DNA of 64,000 nucleotides from Planctomycetota bacterium (GTDB taxonomy: Bacteria > Planctomycetota > PLA2). The notes under the pieces were generated by a model that ran no database searches, was not told where the DNA came from, and worked only from the letters and a program-made list of their open reading frames with translations. The position numbers and the translations under genes were made by a program. The stretch spans positions 5,523 to 69,522 of the forward strand of contig JAJFFH010000049.1 in NCBI GenBank assembly GCA_021776735.1, in the 5' to 3' direction. Of the stretch, positions 8,569-17,900 are shown one piece after another (within the stretch, counting starts at the first letter, position 1; every line of letters begins with the position of its first letter).

Positions 8569-9438
8569 ATGAGTCGCTTCACCCGAAACTCTCTTCTCGC
8601 GGTCGTGCTGGTCGCCGCCGTCGTTGATGCCGGCGATACCTACGTGGGCGCGGATCGCGCGCGTCCCTACACGCTCACCGTTGCGATGAGCGGCTACAGC
8701 CCGGTCTCTTATCTCGACCAGAACAAGGCCGAGCCCGGTTCGCCGCGCTTTGCGGCCAAGCACGACGGCCTGACGTACTTCTTCACCTCGGCGCGTCAGC
8801 GGCGTGCGTTTCGCGACAACCCCGAGCGGTATCTTCCGGCGTACGGCGGCTACTGCGCGTACGGGTGCGCGGTCAAGGCCAAGGTCGTCGTGGATCCGCG
8901 GAACTTCAAGATCGTCAACGGGCGTACGCACCTGTTTTTCAAGAACGCCAAGGTGGACACGCTTGAGCTGTGGAACAAGGGCAGCGAGTCCGAGTTGACC
9001 GCCAGGGCCGATCGGTACTGGGCGACGCAGGGCGTCAGCCGGGCGTATCTCGGTGCGCGCTATTTGCCGGCGAGCGGCGTCGCGCTGGACGGATACAGTC
9101 CCGTGTCGTACTTCACGCGCGGTCGCGCCGAAAAGGGCGATGCGCGCTACGCCGTCGAGCATCAGGGCGTGACCTACTACGTGGCGTCAAAGGGCCAGGC
9201 CAAGCTGTTCAAGAAGAACCCGGACCGCTACGTGCCGCAGTACGGCGGCTGGTGTGCGTTCGGCATGGCGGTCCGAGACAAGTTCCCGGTCGATCCGACA
9301 TCATTCAAGGTCGTCGATGACAAGCTGTACATGTTCTTGAAGAACACGTCCGTTGACGCCAGAATGCTCTGGAACAAGGGCTCCGAGCGCGAACTCATGA
9401 AGAAGGCAAGCACCCACTGGAACAAGGTCTCGGGCTAA
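8569..9438 (+). CDS. Secreted tandem YHS-domain protein
   Basis: Two repeats of GYSPVSY...YFF(T)S...R..F..NPERY.P.YGG.CA.G. Signal peptide. AAGGAG RBS. Confidence 0.8.
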   Translation: MSRFTRNSLLAVVLVAAVVDAGDTYVGADRARPYTLTVAMSGYSPVSYLDQNKAEPGSPRFAAKHDGLTYFFTSARQRRAFRDNPERYLPAYGGYCAYGCAVKAKVVVDPRNFKIVNGRTHLFFKNAKVDTLELWNKGSESELTARADRYWATQGVSRAYLGARYLPASGVALDGYSPVSYFTRGRAEKGDARYAVEHQGVTYYVASKGQAKLFKKNPDRYVPQYGGWCAFGMAVRDKFPVDPTSFKVVDDKLYMFLKNTSVDARMLWNKGSERELMKKASTHWNKVSG

Positions 9439-9583
9439 CCCAGACTCCGATTCGACCTGTTCCGTTCGTCCCGCACGGGCGGTGCCGCTTCACGCGGTGC
9501 CGCCCTTTTTTCGTGGGCATCCGCGGGTTCGGGTTCGGGCTGCGGTTGTGTCATGGTTTCTCGAATGGGCAATTCTCCGCGTA

Positions 9584-9657
9584 TTCAGCAAGCGCTACGT
9601 CAACGTGAACCTCATTCGCGAACGCGAACGGCGGGATCGGGGTTCGGGTTCGGAGTC
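9584..9657 (+). repeat. Direct repeat copy 1 flanking the four-helix-bundle gene
   Basis: TTCAGCAAGCGCTACGTCAACGTGAACCTCATTCGCGAACGCGAACGG...GGTTCGGGTTCGGAGTC. About 85% identical to 10137..10199. Confidence 0.7.
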
Positions 9658-9661
9658 GGGA

Positions 9662-10090
9662 TCAACCCGAATCCGCCAGTCGCTGCTCGCGGCGGATGAG
9701 TACCGTGAGCATCGCCGCGACTCGCCCGGCGGTACCCTTGAGCGACTTGACGCCCGCGGCGGATGCCAACCCGCAGAAGCACAAGAGATCCAACGCGCAC
9801 GCACACTCCCCGCATTCTCCACGGGCGATCACGAACCGAGATGCCTTGTCCTTGTGGTGCCGGCGATTCGCACCCTCGCCAATGTTAAGGACCGTGGATG
9901 CAGCGCAGCGTCGAAGCTGTTTGAGAAGATCAACGTGCCCTGCCGGTGCCTCGCCGACGATCTCCTCAACACCAAAAAACAGCCGCAGCGCGACACGATA
10001 GACGTCGACTCTTTCGTGAGCGAACGACGTACGAGAATTGTTTATCTGGGATTCCTCCAGGCGCCCTCCCGCCTGGAGACCCACGAACAT
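9662..10090 (-). CDS. Four-helix-bundle protein (23S rRNA intervening-sequence protein / DGR Avd family)
   Basis: YRVALRLFFGVEEIV...HVDLLKQLRRCAASTVLNIGEGANRRHHKDKASRFVIARGECGECACALDL matches the family pattern L..QLRRAA.S...NI.EG..R.....F..IA.GS..E....L. Confidence 0.7.
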   Translation of the reverse strand: MFVGLQAGGRLEESQINNSRTSFAHERVDVYRVALRLFFGVEEIVGEAPAGHVDLLKQLRRCAASTVLNIGEGANRRHHKDKASRFVIARGECGECACALDLLCFCGLASAAGVKSLKGTAGRVAAMLTVLIRREQRLADSG

Positions 10091-10136
10091 TCAAGCGCTG
10101 ACCAGGGGCGCGTTGATCCGCCCCGCGGTCGTAGGC

Positions 10137-10199
10137 TTCAGCAAGCGCGACGTGAACGTGAACGTCGATCGTGAACGAGAACGGTTCGGGTTCGGAGTC
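10137..10199 (+). repeat. Direct repeat copy 2 flanking the four-helix-bundle gene
   Basis: TTCAGCAAGCGCGACGTGAACGTGAACGTCGATCGTGAACGAGAACGGTTCGGGTTCGGAGTC. Confidence 0.7.
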
Positions 10200-10267
10200 C
10201 GCCGCCGTCCTGCGGGCTATGGCGGACCAGGCGGCGTCGGCGTCGGGTACGGGGTTGGGCGTGACAC

Positions 10268-10287
10268 GGACATCGCCGTCCGTTTGC
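10268..10287 (+). repeat. Dispersed motif copy
   Basis: GACATCGCCGTCCGTTTGCT. Confidence 0.75.
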
Positions 10288-10309
10288 TGTTTTGCTGGGC
10301 CTCTCGTGA

Positions 10310-13300
10310 TTACGACGACGGGTTGCGCGTAATCAGGGCGCGGAGATCCATGACCAGACGGAAGAAGGTCGGGATGACGAACAGCGTGAAGACCGTGGAT
10401 ACGACGAGGCCGCCGAGCAAGACGCTGCCGAGGCCGCGGTACAGTTCGCTGCCGGCGCCGGGAAACAGTACGAGGGGTAGGAGGCCGAACACCGTCGTGC
10501 ACATCGTCATGAAAATCGGGCGGATGCGCGTGCCGACGGCTTTGGGGATGGCGTCTTGTGGGCTCAGGTTTTCCTGGCGGATGTATTGGAGTGCCTGGTG
10601 CACGATCAGGATCGCGTTGTTGACGACCGTGCCGATCAGGATGACGAAGCCGAGCATCGTCAGGACATCGAGGGGCTGGTTCACGAAGCGGTTCAGGGTC
10701 CATAGGCCCAGGAATCCACCGACGGCGCCGAGGGGGACCGTCAGCAGAATCACGACCGGGTACAGCCACGATTCGAACAACGCGGCCATGAGCAGGTAGG
10801 TGATCAGGAGGGCGAGCGCGACGTTGAAGCGCAGCGCTTCCCACGTGGCGTCGAGTTTGTCCGCGGTGCCCGAGAGTGCGATGCGGTAGCCGCCGGTCAA
10901 TGCGCCTTGCTCCTGGAGCGGGCCGACGATGTCTCGCCGGATGCGGTCCATCGCGTCTTCGAGCGGCATCGCCGGCGGTGGGGAGACTTCGATCGTGACC
11001 GCGCGCTGTCGTTCGCGGTGGTTGATCTGTTCGGGGCCGCTATTGAGGACCACGTTGGCGATCGCGCGCAGCGGTACGACCGGGCCCTCGGGTGTCGCGA
11101 TCGGAAGATCCTCGAGGTCTTGCAGGTGCGCGGCGAAACGCTTCGCGCCCACCAGCGTGATGTCGATCTTGTTCGCTCCCTCGAAGTAGTCGCCCGCGTA
11201 CGCTCCGTCCACGAGCGAGTCCACGGCGTACCCGAGATCAGCGGCATTCACGCCCAGCGCGGCGGCGCGGTCCCAGCGCGGCAAGACATGCACCTCGGGA
11301 CTCGACAGGTCGAGGCTTGGCACCGGCCGCTGCTGCGCGCCCGGAATACTGCCCGCGACCATGCCCATGACGCGCCCGCCGAGGCCGACGAGTTGCGGCA
11401 GTTCAGCGCCTGTGATCTCGATGTCGATCGTGCGGCCGGCGGTCAGTCCCTGCTCGAACAGGCTCGATTGTTTGGCGACCGCAAACGTGCCGGGTAGGCC
11501 GAACCCGATCCGTTGGATGAGCGGCACCAGTTCGCCGCAGCGCAGTGGGTCGATGGCGCGCACGCCCAAAAACACCGAGCGGCCACGGGCGACAAAAAAG
11601 AAGTCCCGGATCGCGGGATAGTCGAGGTCGTCGAGTTTCGGGTCGTCGGGATCGATGTCCCAGTACGGCTTCATCGCCGTCTCGATCCGCTCGCCGAGCG
11701 CGACCAGCTCGTCGAGGTTGTAGCCCGGCGGCGGCAAGATGATGCCGAACACCAGGTTGCGGTTGCCTGTCGGCAGGTACTCCACCTTGGGAAAGAGCCG
11801 GAAAGTGCCCCAAACGGCGGCGGCCGCAAGGAGCGCGACCGATACGACCTGGCGGATTCGGCCGGCCTGCAGCCAGGCGTTGCCGCGGACGATGAATTGG
11901 TGGATCACGTTGCCAAAAGCGCGGGCGGGCCAGGTCAGCACCGACAGCCACCGAGGCGCGGGACGATCGCGGTGTTCCGAGCGCGGCAGAACCCGCGCGG
12001 CGGTTGTCGGAATCAGCGTGACGGAGACGATCAGCGAGAGGCCGACAGAGAACGAGATCGCCAGGGCGATGTCGCGAAAGAGTTGTCCGGCTTCTTCTTG
12101 CACGAACAGGACCGGCAAGAACACGGCCAGGGTCGTCAGTGTGGAAGCGACGACGGCGCCCCAGACCTCGCGCGTGCCATCGATGGCCGCGGCGACACGC
12201 CGCTTGCCTCCCTGATAGTGGCGATAGATGTTTTCGAGGACCACGATGGCGTTGTCGACCAGCATGCCGACTGCGAACGCGAGGCCGGCGAGGCTGATGA
12301 CGTTGAGCGAGCGGCCCATCAGGTGCAGCAGCAGGAACGTGCCGATGATGCTCGTCGGGATCGCGAGGGCGATGATGAGCGTCGAGCGGCCGCTGCGCAA
12401 AAACAGCAGCAAGACGAGAATCGTGAGCGAACCACCGAGCAGGATGTTGCGCTGCACCAGCCCGACCGCGGAGTGGATGTAGTCGGTCTCGTCGTACACC
12501 TGTTCAAGCTGGAGACCGCGACTCTTCAGGACTCCCTCGTCGAGTTCGCGCAGGGCCGTGCGCAGCCCTTCCATCACATCCATCACGTTCGCGCCCGTCT
12601 CGCGCTGGGCGTTGATCGCGATACACGTCGCCCCGAAGTTGCGCACGGTGCCGTCCGCTTTCTTGAAGCCGACGCGTACGGTCGCGACATTGCGCAGGTA
12701 CACCGTGCCGGCCTCGCCGCGACGGACGACGACACCCTCGACCTCCTCCGGAGAGCGAAAGCGCCCGAGAGTGCGCACGACGTAGCGGCGCTTGCCTTCC
12801 CAGTAGTCGCCGCCCGAAGTGTCGCGGTTGCGACCTTGGAGTGCGCTTCGAACGTCCTCGATTGTCAGTCCGCGGCCCGCGAGGCGCTGGGGATCGACAA
12901 CGACCTGCAGTTCGCGCTCGCGACCGCCGAGCACGTTGCTGTTGGCCACCCCCTTGACCCGTTCCAGCCGCGCCTCGATCACGTCCTCGGCGAACTTGCG
13001 CAGTTTTTGGACCGAAACATCGGGCGGTTGGAGTGGGGCGAGCTCCGCGTCTTTCTCGATGGCGCCCAGCAGGCGGCGGTAGGCGAGACCGGTGTTGTGC
13101 GCGCGCAAGACGGGCGCGAGCGCGTCCTTTTTGTCCGGGTGCTCCTTGAGAAACGCACCGAGAGCCGCCTTGTCGGTCATGCGGGGGCGCAGGATGAACC
13201 ACGCGATCGGCCGATCACCGGAATTCGCCGTCGTGAGCACAGGTTCGTCGGCTTCCGCCGGATACTCGCGCACCTGCTGGAGCCGTGCGTTGACCTTGAG

Positions 13301-13651
13301 CAGGGCCGCACCCATGTCCGTGCCGACCGCGAACTCCATGACCACGCGGCCGGTCGAATCCATGCATTCGCCGGTCATCTTGCGCACGCCTTCGACGCCC
13401 TTGAGCTGCTCCTCCTGCTCCTGGACGATCTCGCGCTCGATCTCCTGCGGGCTCGCCCCGGGCCACCGCGTCTCGATGGTGATCGTCGGCGTCTGCACCT
13501 CGGGCGTGAGCTGCATCGGCATCCGGTCGAGCGCAATCAGCCCGAACAGGCAAGCGAGCAAGACACCGACGGCGACCTTGACCGGGTTGCGCACGATGGC
13601 GCCGACCAGTCCGGTGGATACGGGTGTCTCGCGAGCGGCGTCTTGTTGCAT
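10310..13651 (-). CDS. RND efflux transporter permease (AcrB/CzcA superfamily)
   Basis: 1113 aa with 12-TM RND architecture. Conserved blocks such as AIPTSIIGTF, VGMLVDNAIVVLENI and LGTVVNNAILIV. Confidence 0.95.
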   Translation of the reverse strand: MQQDAARETPVSTGLVGAIVRNPVKVAVGVLLACLFGLIALDRMPMQLTPEVQTPTITIETRWPGASPQEIEREIVQEQEEQLKGVEGVRKMTGECMDSTGRVVMEFAVGTDMGAALLKVNARLQQVREYPAEADEPVLTTANSGDRPIAWFILRPRMTDKAALGAFLKEHPDKKDALAPVLRAHNTGLAYRRLLGAIEKDAELAPLQPPDVSVQKLRKFAEDVIEARLERVKGVANSNVLGGRERELQVVVDPQRLAGRGLTIEDVRSALQGRNRDTSGGDYWEGKRRYVVRTLGRFRSPEEVEGVVVRRGEAGTVYLRNVATVRVGFKKADGTVRNFGATCIAINAQRETGANVMDVMEGLRTALRELDEGVLKSRGLQLEQVYDETDYIHSAVGLVQRNILLGGSLTILVLLLFLRSGRSTLIIALAIPTSIIGTFLLLHLMGRSLNVISLAGLAFAVGMLVDNAIVVLENIYRHYQGGKRRVAAAIDGTREVWGAVVASTLTTLAVFLPVLFVQEEAGQLFRDIALAISFSVGLSLIVSVTLIPTTAARVLPRSEHRDRPAPRWLSVLTWPARAFGNVIHQFIVRGNAWLQAGRIRQVVSVALLAAAAVWGTFRLFPKVEYLPTGNRNLVFGIILPPPGYNLDELVALGERIETAMKPYWDIDPDDPKLDDLDYPAIRDFFFVARGRSVFLGVRAIDPLRCGELVPLIQRIGFGLPGTFAVAKQSSLFEQGLTAGRTIDIEITGAELPQLVGLGGRVMGMVAGSIPGAQQRPVPSLDLSSPEVHVLPRWDRAAALGVNAADLGYAVDSLVDGAYAGDYFEGANKIDITLVGAKRFAAHLQDLEDLPIATPEGPVVPLRAIANVVLNSGPEQINHRERQRAVTIEVSPPPAMPLEDAMDRIRRDIVGPLQEQGALTGGYRIALSGTADKLDATWEALRFNVALALLITYLLMAALFESWLYPVVILLTVPLGAVGGFLGLWTLNRFVNQPLDVLTMLGFVILIGTVVNNAILIVHQALQYIRQENLSPQDAIPKAVGTRIRPIFMTMCTTVFGLLPLVLFPGAGSELYRGLGSVLLGGLVVSTVFTLFVIPTFFRLVMDLRALITRNPSS

Positions 13652-13663
13652 CGGGTGCGCCCG

Positions 13664-14884
13664 CTAGCGATCCACGAAACGGACCATCGGGGTTCCGCGC
13701 AGCCGTTCGTTGCCGCGGACAACCACCTTGGCCCCGGCCGTGAGGCCGCCTGCGATCTCGACCATGTTGCCGACCGCAAGTCCGAGAACGACGGGCGTCG
13801 GCCGTGCGGTCATGGTCTTTTCGTCCACGACCCACACAAGGGGCCGAGGCCCGCCGAGCGAGAGCGCATCCTTGGGCACCAATATCGCCGTCCGTTTGCT
13901 TCCCCGGTCGATGTGTACTCGCGCCAACATGCCCGCCTTGAGCAGCGGCTGGTTGTCTCTCACCGAGTTGCGGAGGCGCAGCTTGACGGGGAACGTGCGC
14001 GCGCGTTCATCGCCCTGCGGCACGATGGCAATGAGCTTGGCCTGGAACGGTCGACTCGGCAGTGCGTCGATCGTGACGGGAACGACGAGGCCCGGTTTCA
14101 GGTCGCCGACGAAGTCTTCGATGACGTGGACGACGATGTCCACCTCGTCGAGAGCGGCCAGAACAGCCACGGATTCGCCGGTGCCGAGCCAGTGGCCGAC
14201 TTCGGTGCGTTCCTCGATGATCCAGCCGGCGAAGGGCGGCTTGATCGTGTGACGGCGTTTGTCGCTTTCGAGGCGGGCGACTTCGGCGGCCTGGGCGTCG
14301 AGACGGGCGCTGGCCTGTTCGATGCGCTCTTTGCGCGTGCCGGCGAGCAGGAGCGCGAGGGACGCCTCTTGTTGTTTCAGGCGCTGGGCGGCGACGCGAG
14401 CGAGGAGGCGCGCATCCTGCACTTCATCTTCGGTGACCGTCTTGTCGGCAAAGAGCCGCTCCGCCGTGTCGCGCTTCCACTCGCGGGTCTTGACTTCGGC
14501 CTGGGCCTGGCCGACCTGCGCTCGGCCGACCGCCAGCTCCTCCTCGCGCGTTCCGTTCTTTGCTTCGGCGAGTTCGTGCTCGCGCAGGCGGGCGACGGCG
14601 CGCGCCGCGGCGAGGCGGCTGTCGATGGTTGCGGTCCGGAGCTTCGCGAGCGTGTCTTCGGGGGTGACGCGGCGCCCCGCGCGTGCCGAAAACTCGATGA
14701 CCTGTCCCTCGACCTCGCTTCCGAGCACGGCGATCCGTGTCGGGCGTACCGTGCCGACGAATGCACGCCGCGCCGCGACCGGTCGACTTTCGGCGACGGC
14801 AACCACGACGGGTACTCCGCGTGCGGGGCTCTGGCCGGGTGCGAGCCGGGCGAGAAGCCCAAGAATCAGCAGGCAGCGAGTGGT
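13664..14884 (-). CDS. RND efflux periplasmic adaptor (membrane fusion protein, HlyD family)
   Basis: Signal/TM MTTRCLLILGLLARLA. Coiled-coil region and beta-barrel motifs. Ends 12 nt before the RND gene. Confidence 0.9.
   Translation of the reverse strand, partial: TTRCLLILGLLARLAPGQSPARGVPVVVAVAESRPVAARRAFVGTVRPTRIAVLGSEVEGQVIEFSARAGRRVTPEDTLAKLRTATIDSRLAAARAVARLREHELAEAKNGTREEELAVGRAQVGQAQAEVKTREWKRDTAERLFADKTVTEDEVQDARLLARVAAQRLKQQEASLALLLAGTRKERIEQASARLDAQAAEVARLESDKRRHTIKPPFAGWIIEERTEVGHWLGTGESVAVLAALDEVDIVVHVIEDFVGDLKPGLVVPVTIDALPSRPFQAKLIAIVPQGDERARTFPVKLRLRNSVRDNQPLLKAGMLARVHIDRGSKRTAILVPKDALSLGGPRPLVWVVDEKTMTARPTPVVLGLAVGNMVEIAGGLTAGAKVVVRGNERLRGTPMVRFVDR
13882..13900 (+). repeat. 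Dispersed motif copy inside the MFP coding sequence (antisense to motif; encodes S-K-R-T-A-I-L)
   Basis: ATATCGCCGTCCGTTTGCT. Confidence 0.7.
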
Positions 14885-14993
14885 CATGCGGCGTCCTTCC
14901 GCGGACCATGGTAGCGACGCCGTCAACGCCGTTGCCGCGGCGGATGCCGAATCTTGAAACGCGGGGGGATGTTGCTCCGTCTACCCTGCACTC

Positions 14994-17900
14994 ATGGACG
15001 ACGCGCCCGAGGTGGAAGCTCTGCTGGCCCATGGCCGCTTTCTTCGTGCTCTTGCGCGCGACATTCTGCGCGACGCGCATCAGGCGGAGGACGTCGTGCA
15101 GGAGGCGTGGTTACGCGCCAGGAATCGAGCGCCGCGCAAGGCCGGAGCGATGCGGGCATGGCTCGCGCGCATCGTGCGCAATCTGGCGCTCGATCGGGTC
15201 CGCGCGGAACAGGCGAGGCGCCAGCGGGAAGTAGCCGTGGGCCGGGCAGCCGTGCGTCAGGGACGGACGGCGATGTCTGTGCCGCCGCCGGATGTGGCCG
15301 CACGGTTCGAGGTGCAAAAACGCACCGCCGACGCCGTTCTGGATCTTCCCGAGCCGTATCGATCGACGATCCTGATGCGGTACTTCGAAGACCTCGCGCC
15401 CCGAGAGATTGCGCGGCGGGTCGGCGTGCCGGGCGCGACCGTGCGCACGCGTGTCCGGCGCGGCCTGGCGATGTTGCGCAAGGCGCTGGACGAACGGTAT
15501 GGCCGGCGCGCGTGGCCCGCACTACTGGTCGTGGGAGGAGGCGTGATGGCGAAACTCAAGGGAGCGGCTGTTGTTGCCGCCGTTCTGGCTGTGATTGCGT
15601 TGACCGTGTGGCGGGTGCGGGCGGACCCGGAGCGGACCCGCGGACGTTCCTCGGAGGGGCGCCGGGCCGCCTCGACATCATCCGGATTGACGTTGGCAGA
15701 CAGCGCCGGCGACACGGTGTCGCATCGGTCGCGTCGCATCCTGAGCGGCGTCGTTCTCGAGACGTCCGGCCGACCCGCGTCCGGGGCCGTCGTCCGCTGG
15801 CGGCTGCGGCAGCCCGACCTCGGTTGGCAGCCCTTTCGGCATTCCGCTTTGCACAGCGGCTCGGCGACGTGTGACGACGCCGGGCGATTTCGGCTCTCGG
15901 TAGATCGTCGTGCCGGATCCCTGTCCGCAGTCAAGGACGGCGATGTCTCTCCGGACTGGGAGGTCGGAACCGGCGATCCCGGCGCTGGCCTGGTGCTGCA
16001 CCTGCGTACACCTGTTTCGGTCGTGATCAGGGTGATTGAAAATCGCGATCGACCCGTCACCGGCGCCCAGGTTCGCGTGGCGCCAACTCTGCTCGGTCCC
16101 TTCGCCGGCGACGTGCACGACGGGGCGACGGATTCGAGCGGTCGCGTGCGGATCGCAGGAGTGCAGCCCGGGTTCGCGTCGGTCGTCGTTCGTGCCGCTG
16201 GGTATGTGACGGCGGTGCGGCGTGCCGTGCGATTGCCCGGGAATGACGTCGTCGTTCGTCTGCGTCGGGGCCGTCCATTCTTTGGCATTGTCTGCGATGC
16301 CGGCGCCGTGCCGGTACAAGACGCTCGTGTGCGTTGGGTCTCGGCGCATGAACACGCCCTGGGCGGTGAGCAGCGCACCGACGCCGGGGGGCGGTTCTTG
16401 GTTCCCGCGCTACCGGCTGGGAGGATCGCGTTTTTCGTGGAGGCCGGTGCGACAGGGCAGGCGTATCACGTCTGTGCGCGGCCGGCGGGCCGGAGCGTGG
16501 GGGAGCGGCAACGATTCGCGCTGGATCCGCCCGTCGGGCTCGAGGGGCGCGTGTGGATGGGCGAGAAGAGCGCGCGGCGGCCGCTGGTGGGAATCCCGGT
16601 ACGGGTTTCCGGCGCCGAGTTTTTTCATGTGACGAACCGCGGCACGTTCGGTGTTCGCGTCATTCGTTTCGGGTCTCTATCGCGGCGAGCCGTCACGGAC
16701 GCCGACGGTCGTTTTGCATTCGCCGGACTTTCGCACCGGGCCACGCAACTCAGCCTTGCGCCGCCGTTCTACGTTGTGAAGCGGCTTGCCGGCGGCGACG
16801 TGCAGGCGGCGCGTGCGGGCCGGGTGCACGGGACCGTTCGCGACGAAGCTGGTCGTCCGGTCGCCGGCGCGGTCGTCTTGCGTCCCGGCGGCGAGGGTTA
16901 TCGCAACATCACCAACGCCAAGGGACAGTATGAATTGTCCCTTGTTCCGGGGGCGAAACGGGCCGTGCGTCTCGACGTGTTCAAAGACGGATTCACGCGC
17001 GTGCAGCGAGGCGTCTCGTCGGCCGGAGCGATCGACTTTCGGTTGGCGCGAGTGTCTTCGATCGACGGCCGCGTTGTATCCGCCGCCGGGCGGCCTATTC
17101 TCGGCGTGAAGGTCGGACCCGTGCGCAACACGGTCTTCACCGATCGCGATGGTCGGTTTCGTTTCTTCCGAAGCCCGGAAACGACCAGCGTCCCGTTCGT
17201 CCACGAATCCTACGAGTATCGGAGCGTGGAGCTTTCGGACGAAGCGACAGTCGTGCTCTCGCCGGCCCCGGTCCGTGTCTTCGTCCGGGGGCGGGTTCTG
17301 GACACGAAGGGAGAGCCGATCGGAGAAGCGGACGTGACCTGGCGATCCGAAGGGAGGCACGAGGCTGCCATAACCGACGGCCGCGGCCGTTTCGAGCTCG
17401 GCCTCGCGGCGGGTGCCTGGACCGTCGTGGTCGAACGCGACGGCTACGCTCCGTGGCGGCGCGAGGATGTCGATGTGCCGCGGGCCGAGCTCCTGGAGAT
17501 CATCGTGCGATCGGGCTCGTCGATTGCCGGTCGCGTCGTGGACGCAGGGGGCGCCGCCGTCGCGGGAGCGACCGTGATCGTTTCTGGTCCCCGCGACGCT
17601 GGCAAGGCACGAAACTGGCGCGCGACGACCGGTGTGGACGGCGGCTTTCACGTGGACGATCTGCCCCATGGACAGTTCGCGGTCATTGCCGCCGGCCCGA
17701 GCTCGGCGGCCGGCCACGACCGGGCTCATGACGTAGCTGCGGACACGGTCGACCTGGAGCTGCGTTTTGCCGCGTCTCGAGCACTGAGCGGCCGCGTGTT
17801 CGATCCGGATGGCCGGCCGTGGCCGGGCGTCGGGATCGTCGTGCGCGTCACCGACGCGGACTTGCGGCGGCACCGACTGCGACGTGATCGTGTCAGCGCG

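Noticed and set aside
8497-8569. In-frame TGA between the AhpD-like gene and the YHS gene as a possible Sec codon
   Set aside because: The downstream gene has its own strong AAGGAG RBS. The spacer is a direct repeat (CCCCGAACCCCCTCAAC x2), there is no redox motif at the TGA, and AhpD-like proteins normally end here.
9584-10199. Direct repeats around the Avd-like gene as DGR template/variable repeats
   Set aside because: Mismatches between the copies are not adenine-specific (T/G, C/G, C/T and others). No reverse transcriptase nearby.
11513-14914. Very long plus-strand ORFs opposite the RND/MFP genes (also 5920..7341, 37351..40500, 49224..53186, 56740..58566)
   Set aside because: Extreme Arg/Gly/Asp bias and no domain signatures. 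These are antisense to well-supported genes and are classic high-GC shadow ORFs.
15540-15560. Splitting the 1128-aa ORF into a sigma gene plus a separate downstream gene
   Set aside because: No stop codon exists in frame between the sigma and TM parts. Both parts are clearly coding in the same frame. Kept as a fusion, flagged for verification.
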